Positions 42,406 to 50,736 are shown, counted from the first letter of the stretch. The stretch is DNA of 64,000 nucleotides from Patescibacteria group bacterium (GCA_049318005.1 JBMOHE010000002.1:13824-77823); one strand, 5' to 3'. Numbers and translations: made by a program. Notes: generated by a model not told the origin, from the sequence alone.

Positions 42406-45400
42406 TTATTTTAAATCACCCACATCTATTTTTCTAATATTTTCATTACTTATTCCAAGAGATAACTGTCTCATTATTTGATAAGCAGCCTCTCCGTTAG
42501 CGAGATAATATCTGTAACCATCAGTTGGGTTAATATACCAGGCTTCCCCGTTATTTTCTACTTGAAGAACTATTCTGCCTTTTAATCTATTAGTTAGAGC
42601 GGTTGAATAATTAGTATTCTTGATATAATCACTTGGTAAGACAGAAGTAGGAGCAACTGGTATTTTGTTTAAATCGGCATTAGTTATTCCTAACCCAAAC
42701 TTACGTAGAGCTTGATAGGCAGCTGGTCCATCAGCTAGATAATATCTTGATAAAGAGACCTTGTCTAAATACCAGGCTTGGCCTTTAGTTTCTACTTGGA
42801 GTAATATGCGGCCAGCTAGTTTAGTTGAAAGCTTCTTATCTATTATCTTAGATAGTAGTGATCTTTCATATTGATAGATGCTGGAAATATAATTATTAGC
42901 CTGACCATCTTTGGTTGGCTCATTGACTTCTGGGGTAGTAGGGGATCCGCAACTTCTTTCAGTGAGAGCTCTTTGCTCAGCTGTTAGTGAGCAGAAGTTT
43001 GGAGATTTAGCTAGAACGTTTCTAAATTGTTTACCGCCGATACAAGTGGTTTGCCAAGCGTCGTAAGTTACTTCAGAGCAGCTAGAGATAACTAGAGGAG
43101 AATATGAGCTGCCACTTGCAGGGCTAGCTACTGGATTATTACCAGTATAGACAACGTATTCGGAAAAGTGCTTAGTCCAGACAATCAAATCGCTGCCAAC
43201 ATTAATTTTACAATCGCCATTAGCTATTAAGGCGTCACCGTCTAACTGGGAATCACCGGAGCAAGTATTACTAATTGGCCTAAACTCTCCCATATTGTTA
43301 ATAAAGCCAACATTATTACCAGCCTGACCGAAGAATGTCACTCTAACTGCTTTATTTAGAGTTAAGGTGGCGTTAGGGTCGCCGATTTCGAAAATGGAGA
43401 TAATGTCACTAGTTTTAAGAGATATGGACCCCGCTGCTTTTTGCTGAGGCAAACTAAATACCTCCGACCAAGCTAAAGTATTAGCAGTCATAGTTGTTCC
43501 ACTAAATACTTCCAAGCGAATATCTGAGGAGATATTAGCAATTAATTTCTCAGCGAAAGTGACTGTTTTACTACCACTAACAGTTTCAACGACAGAAGAA
43601 AGGTCAAGAGATATTTTATTAACACTATCAACACTACTAATTGTTGTTTGGGCATGCTTCATGTCTGGTGAAAATGCGATAGCTTGTGAATTACTAGTAT
43701 TTATGTATATAGGCTGAACGTTTATTAAAGTAACTGATTTAGCAAAATAGTTAGAGACTAAACCGCTACTATCTTTTGACCAGGCGTAAAGATTGTTTCC
43801 AAACGATGAGGTATAAATATTATTTCCAGATACAGCAATCAGGTCAGAGCCTCTATTAGAAGCAGCGACCAAAGATCCACTAAGGGTAGAATTAAAACTA
43901 GTCCAATTAGCGCCACCATCTAGAGACTGGTAACCATTACTTCCAGACAAAGCTATAATGTGTTTATCATCCTCTCCTGAGATGATAAAGGAATTAATAG
44001 ATGTGTCTTGAATCTTAAACTCTGTCCAAGTATTACCATCGTCTTCTGAAAAATACTTACTATCAACTCCGTCATTATTAACCGTCGCTACTAATTTAGT
44101 TCCGTAAGATGAGTATTTCAAACCGCCGCTAATTAGTGTTCCCGATGGACGAGTCTTTTGCAAATAGTTAACACCACCATCTGTTGACACCCAGATAAAA
44201 TTACCAACTTCAGAATTACCAGCCGCAATTTTTTCACCATTTCTAGTCATTGTGATTGCTAGCCAGTCACTAACAGCCACTGATGAAGAAGCCCAGGTGG
44301 CTCCACTATCACTGGACATATAGATGTCGGTAGCGTTACCAGTAACAACAATCTTTGAGCCATCAGAAGATGAATCTATTACTCTGAAATTTCCAGTAGT
44401 AGCACTAGACCAAGTAGAGCCGCCATTAATAGATTTCGAAACACCGCTTGAACCAGCTAGATATAATTTTAGGCCATCAGCGGAGGCGCCAAGATCATAC
44501 CAAGTACCAGCCTCTGTGCTTACAGAACTCCATATTTGACCATAGTCAGAGGAAGTTGAGATGGTGCTGTTATTTATTAGAGCAAAAATCTTCTTACCAT
44601 CAGCTGCGCTAATTATTTTCTGAATAGCGTTAGAAGTAGTGGTTGATAAAGTCCAGGTAGCTGGATGACTTGGCTTTAGACTACTAAAGGCGTGGCTGGT
44701 TGGCGCCTGAGATCGCCAGCGAGAATTATTAGATAACGGCTTTTGATCTGTTTCGGTTAACAGATAGGCGGCAGCATTAGTTACTGGACTGAGGATTAGA
44801 GAAACAACTGAAGAGCTAGACACAAGAGGAATAGACAAAGAATCGGAATTGGAAGTAACTAAAATTTTCCATTGGCCATAAGCTGTTTCTTCGTTATTAG
44901 TAGCATAGGCACGGTAGTAATAGACAGTACCAGAAGTTAATCCCGACAAATCATATGAATAGTTACTATCAGAGAATGGACTACTTTCTGTAGTAGTGGC
45001 ATAGTTATTAATACTTGCCCCCCAGTTGAATCCTCTAACCGTTGGATCAAAAACATCTACATATTCAATGTTACCATTAATGGTTGCTGAGCTTGATTCT
45101 AGATTAGAAACTTCATCTGTTATTATCTTTTCAGATTTAAACTTGATTATGAAGATATCCATATTTCCATCTGAAACAAGATTAGAAACACCATATCCTG
45201 TGTCAAAATCGACGGTACCAGGAAAATAACCAGTGACATAGACGTTACTCAAAGAATCTACGGTAACTGATTCTCCATAATCATTACTAGTTGCACCAAT
45301 ACTTTTAGCCCAGGCGAATGCTCCATCAGCATTTAATTTAGAGATGAAGATATCTACATTGCCAGCTGAGACAAGATTATAAACACCAGACCCTGGGTCA

Positions 45401-48400
45401 AAATCAACAGTACTAGAAAAAGAACCAGTTGTATAGACATTGCCTGAGAAGTCTACAGTAATTGAATGCCCAGTATCATAACCAGTTCCACCCATCTTTT
45501 TTGCCCAAACAAAATTACCATTACTATCTAATTTTGAGATGAAAATATCATCACTAGCTGAAGTGAGATTATATACCTCCTCTCCTGGATCAAAATCACC
45601 GACGCCACGAAAATAACCAGTAGTATAAATATTACCTAAAGAGTCTACAGTGATTGAGTTTCCTCGATCATCACTAGTTCCGCCCATCTTTTTTGCCCAA
45701 ACAAAATTACCATTACTATCTAATTTTGAGATGAAAATATCATCACTAGCTGAAGTTAGATTATATACCTCCTCTCCTGGATCAAAATCACCCGTACCAG
45801 AAAAATAACCGGCGGTATAGACGTTACCCAAAGAATCTACAGTGATTGAATATCCATGATCATTACTAGTTGAACCAATCTTTTTTGCCCAAACAAAATC
45901 ACCATTATTATCTAACTTTGAAATAAAGATGTCAGCACTACCAGTTGAAACAAGATTGTAAGCGCCAACTCCGGGATCAAAATCAGCGATATAATCAAAA
46001 TAACCAGTGGTATAGATATTGCCCAAAGAATCTATAGTGATTGATTTTCCTGCCTGACCAGAAATTCCGCCAATTTGTTTAACCCAAATAAAATCACCAT
46101 TACTATCTAGTTTTGAAATAAAAATATCACTTTCACCAGATGAAACAAGATTATGTGTCCCCTCTCCTGGATCAAAATCAACGGTACCTCGGAAAGAACC
46201 AGTAGTATAAATATTACCAAAAGAATCTACAGTAATCGAATATCCATGATCATCACTAGTTGAACCCATCTTTTTTGCCCAGGCAAATGTTCCATCGGCG
46301 TTTAATTTAGAGATGAAAATATCTTCATTGCCAGCTGAGACAAGATTATACACGCCAGATCCTGGGTTAAAATCAACAGTATCAGAAAAACTACCAGTAA
46401 TATAAACATTATCCAAAGAATCTACAGTTATTAAGCGTCCATTATCACCACCATTTCCGCCAATCTTTTTTGCCCAAACAAAATTTTGTTCATAATTAGG
46501 GGACTTGGTTTTGAATACCGTCCAATCCCCATAAACAGTGTCTTCATTATTACTAGTAGCGTAAGCCCGATAATAATATATCGTATCAATTTCTAGATCA
46601 GTTAATTCATAAGAAAATGTTCCCGCTCCAAATGTACCATTCTCTGTAGTTGTGGCAAAAGTGCTAGTACTTATTCCCCAATTAAAACCCCTAGTCGTTA
46701 AGACAATTGAGCCTATTCCTAAAATATCACCCCTAAGAATGGCTGTATGTTCATCAATACTGTTTAAAATTAGCGCTTCTACGGAAAAGCTATTAAAAGA
46801 TTTCCACTCGCTATAACTGGTTCCCATATTATCAGTAGCATAGGCCCGGTAATAATATATAGTACCAGGAACAAGATTTGAGAGATTATAAGAATAAGTT
46901 CCTTCGCTGAAAGTGCCATTCTCTGTAGTTGTGGCAAAAGTGCTAGTACTTGTTCCCCAATTAAATCCTCTGACATTCGGATTACTTTCACCAATAGATA
47001 ATATATCGCCATTTAAGATAGCTGAATCTCTATTTAAGCCACCGACAATTGAGTTAAGTTCTAAAACTCTGTTAGTAGTAAACGAAGTCCACTCGCTATA
47101 ACTGGTTCCCATATTATCAGTAGCATAGGCCCGGTAATAATATATAGTACCAGGAACAAGATTTGAGAGATTATAAGAATAAGTTCCTTCGCTGAAAGTG
47201 CCATTCTCTGTAGTTGTGGCAAAAGTGCTAGTACTTGTTCCCCAATTAAATCCTCTGACATTCGGATTACTTTCACCAATAGATAATATGTCGCCATTTA
47301 AGATAGCTGATGATGTGCTAATATTATTAACAGTGGAAGAAACCATAGCTAAATCTATTTTCCGTATTTTTAAAATATAAGCATCAGATAGACCGGCTGA
47401 GACAAGATTGGAAACACCGACCCCTGGGTCAAAATCAACCGTGCCAGAAAAATAACCAGTGGTATAGAGGTTACCCAAAGAATCTACAGTGATTGAATAT
47501 CCATGATCATTATTATTTACACCAATATTCTTAGACCAAATAAAGTTACCACTGCTATCTAATTTAGAGATAAAGACATCGTTGCCGCCATTTGAAGTCA
47601 GATTATATACTCCACTTCCTGGATCAAAATCACCTGTACCAGAAAAATAACCAGTGGCATAGATATTACCCAAAGAATCTACAGTGACTGAGTTTCCTTG
47701 ATTGCTATTAGTTGAAACTATCTTTTTTGCCCAAACAAAAACGCCATTACTGTCTAACTTGAGAACAAAAGTGCCACCGTTCATCAGACTAGAAACACCA
47801 GTTCCTGGGTCAAAATCAACCGTGCCAGAAAAATAACCAGTGGTATAGACATTTCCCGAGGAGTCTAAAACAATTGAAGCCCCTCCATCTACTACAAAAG
47901 ATTTGCCAATTTTCTTATACCAAAGAGAATTCCCATTAATATCTAATTTGGAAATAAATATATCAGATCCATTCTCGCCAGTTATATAGGTATTTCCAGA
48001 TGGATCTACGGTGATTGATTTTCCTTGATTATAATGACCAGCGGTAGATCCGCCTATCTTTTTGGCCCAGGCAAAAGTACCATTAGCATATAGCTTAACG
48101 ATAAAATCAGAGGAGTCATTCGTCGAAGTTAGGTTAAAAACACCAGCTCCCGGATCAAAATCAACGGTGCCTTGAAAAAAGCCAGTGGCATAGATATTAC
48201 CCAAAGAATCTACAGTGACTGAGTTTCCTCGTCCTCCATAAATTCCGCCGCCCATATTCTTAGCCCAAGCGAATGTTCCATCGGTATTTAATTTTGAAAT
48301 GAAAATGGAATCGGCGCCACCAGAAACAAGATTAGAAACACCAGCTCCTGGGTCAAAATCAACGGTGCCATAAAATACACCAGTTGTATAGACATTACCC

Positions 48401-48756
48401 GAGGAATCTAAAACAATTGAATGCCCAGCATCATAACTAGTTCCGCCCATCTTTTTTGCCCAAACAAAATTACCATTACTATCTAATTTTGAAATAAATA
48501 TGTCATAATTACCAGCTGAAACAAGATTAGAAACACCAGCTCCTGGGTCAAAATCAACGGTGCCATAAAATACACCAGTTGTATAGACATTACCCAATGA
48601 GTCTAAAATGATTGAATATCCAATATCATCGCCAGTTCCACCAATCTTTTTAGCCCAATCAACAGCAACATCTTCCGCTAACGCTGGCCTAGAAGAGAAA
48701 AAAATTAGAGCGAAAACTAAAATAAAAAAGCATTTTTTGAAAGTTTTTAAATTCAT
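42406..48756 (-). CDS. Giant secreted surface protein (2116 aa): two SBBP-type beta-propeller repeat arrays, four FN3/Ig-like modules, Asp-box (BNR-like) region, Cys module, two C-terminal ~60-aa repeats
   Basis: Signal peptide ...SSRPALA/EDV; many repeats of the type G.S.D.G.SI.VDS.GN.Y.TG.F.GT.DFDPG....L.S.G..D.FISKL; SxDxGxTW-like boxes (SSDYGQIW, SDSGATW, EDDGNTW, LDGGANW). Confidence 0.85.
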   Translation of the reverse strand: MNLKTFKKCFFILVFALIFFSSRPALAEDVAVDWAKKIGGTGDDIGYSIILDSLGNVYTTGVFYGTVDFDPGAGVSNLVSAGNYDIFISKLDSNGNFVWAKKMGGTSYDAGHSIVLDSSGNVYTTGVFYGTVDFDPGAGVSNLVSGGADSIFISKLNTDGTFAWAKNMGGGIYGGRGNSVTVDSLGNIYATGFFQGTVDFDPGAGVFNLTSTNDSSDFIVKLYANGTFAWAKKIGGSTAGHYNQGKSITVDPSGNTYITGENGSDIFISKLDINGNSLWYKKIGKSFVVDGGASIVLDSSGNVYTTGYFSGTVDFDPGTGVSSLMNGGTFVLKLDSNGVFVWAKKIVSTNSNQGNSVTVDSLGNIYATGYFSGTGDFDPGSGVYNLTSNGGNDVFISKLDSSGNFIWSKNIGVNNNDHGYSITVDSLGNLYTTGYFSGTVDFDPGVGVSNLVSAGLSDAYILKIRKIDLAMVSSTVNNISTSSAILNGDILSIGESNPNVRGFNWGTSTSTFATTTENGTFSEGTYSYNLSNLVPGTIYYYRAYATDNMGTSYSEWTSFTTNRVLELNSIVGGLNRDSAILNGDILSIGESNPNVRGFNWGTSTSTFATTTENGTFSEGTYSYNLSNLVPGTIYYYRAYATDNMGTSYSEWKSFNSFSVEALILNSIDEHTAILRGDILGIGSIVLTTRGFNWGISTSTFATTTENGTFGAGTFSYELTDLEIDTIYYYRAYATSNNEDTVYGDWTVFKTKSPNYEQNFVWAKKIGGNGGDNGRLITVDSLDNVYITGSFSDTVDFNPGSGVYNLVSAGNEDIFISKLNADGTFAWAKKMGSTSDDHGYSITVDSFGNIYTTGSFRGTVDFDPGEGTHNLVSSGESDIFISKLDSNGDFIWVKQIGGISGQAGKSITIDSLGNIYTTGYFDYIADFDPGVGAYNLVSTGSADIFISKLDNNGDFVWAKKIGSTSNDHGYSITVDSLGNVYTAGYFSGTGDFDPGEEVYNLTSASDDIFISKLDSNGNFVWAKKMGGTSDDRGNSITVDSLGNIYTTGYFRGVGDFDPGEEVYNLTSASDDIFISKLDSNGNFVWAKKMGGTGYDTGHSITVDFSGNVYTTGSFSSTVDFDPGSGVYNLVSAGNVDIFISKLNADGAFAWAKSIGATSNDYGESVTVDSLSNVYVTGYFPGTVDFDTGYGVSNLVSDGNMDIFIIKFKSEKIITDEVSNLESSSATINGNIEYVDVFDPTVRGFNWGASINNYATTTESSPFSDSNYSYDLSGLTSGTVYYYRAYATNNEETAYGQWKILVTSNSDSLSIPLVSSSSVVSLILSPVTNAAAYLLTETDQKPLSNNSRWRSQAPTSHAFSSLKPSHPATWTLSTTTSNAIQKIISAADGKKIFALINNSTISTSSDYGQIWSSVSTEAGTWYDLGASADGLKLYLAGSSGVSKSINGGSTWSSATTGNFRVIDSSSDGSKIVVTGNATDIYMSSDSGATWASSSVAVSDWLAITMTRNGEKIAAGNSEVGNFIWVSTDGGVNYLQKTRPSGTLISGGLKYSSYGTKLVATVNNDGVDSKYFSEDDGNTWTEFKIQDTSINSFIISGEDDKHIIALSGSNGYQSLDGGANWTSFNSTLSGSLVAASNRGSDLIAVSGNNIYTSSFGNNLYAWSKDSSGLVSNYFAKSVTLINVQPIYINTSNSQAIAFSPDMKHAQTTISSVDSVNKISLDLSSVVETVSGSKTVTFAEKLIANISSDIRLEVFSGTTMTANTLAWSEVFSLPQQKAAGSISLKTSDIISIFEIGDPNATLTLNKAVRVTFFGQAGNNVGFINNMGEFRPISNTCSGDSQLDGDALIANGDCKINVGSDLIVWTKHFSEYVVYTGNNPVASPASGSSYSPLVISSCSEVTYDAWQTTCIGGKQFRNVLAKSPNFCSLTAEQRALTERSCGSPTTPEVNEPTKDGQANNYISSIYQYERSLLSKIIDKKLSTKLAGRILLQVETKGQAWYLDKVSLSRYYLADGPAAYQALRKFGLGITNADLNKIPVAPTSVLPSDYIKNTNYSTALTNRLKGRIVLQVENNGEAWYINPTDGYRYYLANGEAAYQIMRQLSLGISNENIRKIDVGDLK
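46804..47310 (-). repeat. Intragenic near-perfect tandem duplication, 285-bp period (two FN3-like modules)
   Basis: 46804-47025 and 47089-47310 are nearly identical (one mismatch noticed: ATATATCGCC vs ATATGTCGCC); a diverged third unit lies at about 46505-46790. Confidence 0.85.
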
Positions 48757-48950
48757 AAAGAATATACTATTTTATTTTAACATATATATAGATTTATTTT
48801 AACATATAGAATTAAAAGCATCAAAAAAATTAATTAAACAAAGATAAAAATATTCTAAGATAGGAGTGGTAAGCTTTTATTAAACCGTTTTACTAAAATA
48901 ACTTAAATATAGCAAAAACAAGCATTTCTTCCTATTTTTGAATTACTAGC

Positions 48951-49020
48951 TATGCGAACTGAAGCTTATTAGAACCTGTTTGAGGAGTTAATTATACCCC
49001 CAGAGTAACTCACTATTGTT
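48951..49020 (-). repeat. Copy R3 of the ~70-nt 3'-flank element, directly after the truncated-paralogue stop codon
   Basis: TATGCGAACTGAAGCTTATTAGAACCTGTTTGAGGAGTTAATTATACCCCCAGAGTAACTCACTATTG. Confidence 0.8.
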
Positions 49021-49965
49021 TTATTCTAAGTCACCAACACCTATCTTTCTAATATTTTCATTACTAATTCCAAGAGATAACTGTCTCATTATTTGATAAG
49101 CAGCCTCTCCACTGGCAAGATAATATCTATAACCATCAGTTGGATTAATGTACCAGGCTTCCCCGTGGTTTTCTACTTGAAGAACTATTCTTCCTTTTAA
49201 TTTATTGGCTAAAGCGGTTGAATAATTTGAACTTTTTACATAATCACTTGGTATCGCTGATTTTGGCGCTACAGGTATTTTAGCGAGATTGACATTATTA
49301 ATACCTAAACCAAACTTACGCAAAGCCTCATAGGCGGTTGGGCCATCAGCTAGGTAATATCTCTGTAGTGACACGGCATCTAAATACCAAGCTTGACCAA
49401 AACGCTCTGTTTGCAGCAATATCCTGCCAGCCAAACGTTTAACTAGGTTTTTATCAATTTTTATTGTTAATTTTTTTTCGTCCAATATAACGCTAGACGT
49501 TTTAGAATTGATAATGTTACCTAAATTTTTTATTTCTAAAATTGATTCAGTGGACGTTGCTTCTTTAAGTATTTGTTCAGTTGATGTGGCTAATTCACAA
49601 ATCCTACTAGATGCTATTTGCTGAATTGTGGTTAATGTACAAGAAGCTGGAGTACTAGTTAAAACTTTACGAAATTGTTGATTGCCAACGCAAGTCTGCC
49701 AAGGAGAATAAGTTATATCCGAACAATAAGTTGTGGCTGGTCCACCACCGCCACCGCCACCTCCTCCGCTTGTAACGGTCGCTGTTTGAGTATATGTAGC
49801 AAAACTAGTAAAATGCTTAGTCCAAATTACTAAATCTGAACCTGAATTTATTTTACAGTCTCCGTCAATAATTAAATTTGCATCTGCCCAAGTTTGAGAG
49901 TTTTCTCCGCAAGCAGTTGATATCTCAGTAAAATCAATTTCTGTTCTTATCATGTTTTCTTGCAT
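49021..49965 (-). CDS. 5'-truncated paralogue of the giant protein C-terminus (314 aa, no signal peptide); possibly a pseudogene or silent cassette
   Basis: Colinear with roughly the last 330 aa of the giant protein (GDCKIN.GSDL..WTKHF, Cys module, two GRI.LQVE..G.AWY repeats); last ~200 nt highly similar at DNA level. Confidence 0.6.
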   Translation of the reverse strand: MQENMIRTEIDFTEISTACGENSQTWADANLIIDGDCKINSGSDLVIWTKHFTSFATYTQTATVTSGGGGGGGGGPATTYCSDITYSPWQTCVGNQQFRKVLTSTPASCTLTTIQQIASSRICELATSTEQILKEATSTESILEIKNLGNIINSKTSSVILDEKKLTIKIDKNLVKRLAGRILLQTERFGQAWYLDAVSLQRYYLADGPTAYEALRKFGLGINNVNLAKIPVAPKSAIPSDYVKSSNYSTALANKLKGRIVLQVENHGEAWYINPTDGYRYYLASGEAAYQIMRQLSLGISNENIRKIGVGDLE

Positions 49966-50055
49966 TTTGGCTTGTTTCCGAGAAGTATCTCGGTCAACAG
50001 CACAAAAAATGTGTTGGCTCCCAGGGTCGGATTCGAACCGACGACCAATTGGTTA

Positions 50056-50621
50056 CACTTATCCAATAGTTTCCTAAAGGGGTGGACTATATCATCATCC
50101 ATACGCTTATGGATGCAAGGCGCTTCGGGCCGTCTACCGACGGACCTACTCCCTTTCGGGATAGTCTCTGAACCTTCCCTAAACTCTAGGGCTTGGCTGC
50201 TGATTACCATATCCTTACAGATTTAGGCTTCCAGACAATTCACCTTGTTTTTCGACCTCAATTACTTGAGGAAGCTGCGTAGAACCTTCGTGCACTTCAC
50301 GATGACAATTTGCACATAATAGCATACATTTATTAAGCTCTTCCTTTATCATTTTCCAACTTCTTGTATATCCTTTTGCAGATATACCAAAATCTTTTTT
50401 ATCAGATTCTAGATGATGGAATTCAAGAGCTTTTAAACATTTACTATAACCACAAACTGAGCATCTACTGCCTTTGTATTCAAGAGATAATTGACGAATC
50501 TTTTTACGTCTTCTATCAACTGCCTGTTTTAAATACTCGGCACGATCGGCATATTTTCTTTTATCTTTTGTCATACAAATATATAAATATATTCATAGTA
50601 GCTAAAGATAAAAAAGAGTTC
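50056..50621 (-). mobile_element. Group I intron (P7.1/P7.2-bearing, IA-like) with HNH ORF in the P1 loop
   Basis: IGS GCAGCT (50273-50278) pairs with exon GGCTGT incl. U.G; P2 CCTCAA-GTAA-TTGAGG; P3 CAAGGTG/CGCCTTG; P6 CCCTA/TAGGG; P7 GACTAT/ATAGTC; P8 CATCCATA-AGCG-TATGGATG; GTTCAGAGACTA and GATATAGTCC core elements; omega-G 50056. Confidence 0.8.
50215..50574 (-). CDS. Intron-encoded HNH endonuclease (119 aa)
   Basis: CSVCGY...LEFHHL...NKCMLLCANCHREVH (CxxC...HH...N...CxxCH HNH motif); last ~35 codons overlap IGS, P2, P3, P4; stop codon in L5. Confidence 0.85.
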   Translation of the reverse strand: MTKDKRKYADRAEYLKQAVDRRRKKIRQLSLEYKGSRCSVCGYSKCLKALEFHHLESDKKDFGISAKGYTRSWKMIKEELNKCMLLCANCHREVHEGSTQLPQVIEVEKQGELSGSLNL

Positions 50622-50708
50622 ACAGCCAACTGCGCTACCGCTGCGCTACCTGGGAATATTAAGTTGTCTCAAAAAAACAAAAATGTTTTTTAAACATCTT
50701 ACTATCAT

Positions 50709-50736
50709 ATTTTAGCAGATGCCAATATTATGTCAA
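50709..50736 (-). promoter_or_regulatory. Candidate promoter of the tRNA-Asn gene
   Basis: Minus strand TTGACA-16 nt-TAAAAT, about 50 nt upstream of tRNA position 1. Confidence 0.5.

Larger units (their letters stand above)
50015..50655 (-). tRNA. tRNA-Asn(GUU) interrupted by a group I intron (exon 1 50622-50655, exon 2 50015-50055, encoded CCA)
   Basis: Exons join to TCCCAGG-TA-GCGC-AGCGGTA-GCGC-A-GTTGG-CTGT/TAA-CCAAT-TGGTC-GTCGG-TTCGAAT-CCGAC-CCTGGGA-G-CCA; U1-A72 and G73 as in bacterial tRNA-Asn. Confidence 0.8.

Noticed and set aside
42406-42800. Possible diversity-generating retroelement VR/TR pair (giant-gene 3' end versus 49021-49400)
   Set aside because: Mismatches between the two copies are of all types and include indels, not adenine-specific. 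No reverse transcriptase gene is in the window.
50015-50215. tRNA-like 3' end (GGTTCGAATCC...CCA) followed by GC-rich structured RNA, first considered as tmRNA (ssrA) or an integration-site tRNA fragment
   Set aside because: The acceptor 3' strand CCTGGGA has its exact partner TCCCAGG, plus a full D-arm and anticodon stem, at 50622-50655. The structured part carries group I core motifs rather than a tmRNA tag ORF or pseudoknots.
49950-50226. Track ORFs 49950-50210 (-) and 49960-50226 (+)
   Set aside because: Both lie entirely within the tRNA 3' exon and intron catalytic core. The elevated GC and lack of stops are explained by RNA structure.
50658-50702. AT-only hairpin ATGTTT-AAAA-AACAT followed by a U-run, between the proposed tRNA promoter and tRNA position 1 (possible terminator or attenuator)
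   Set aside because: The stem is 5-6 bp and almost entirely A-T, too weak to call. It may just be leader sequence removed by RNase P.
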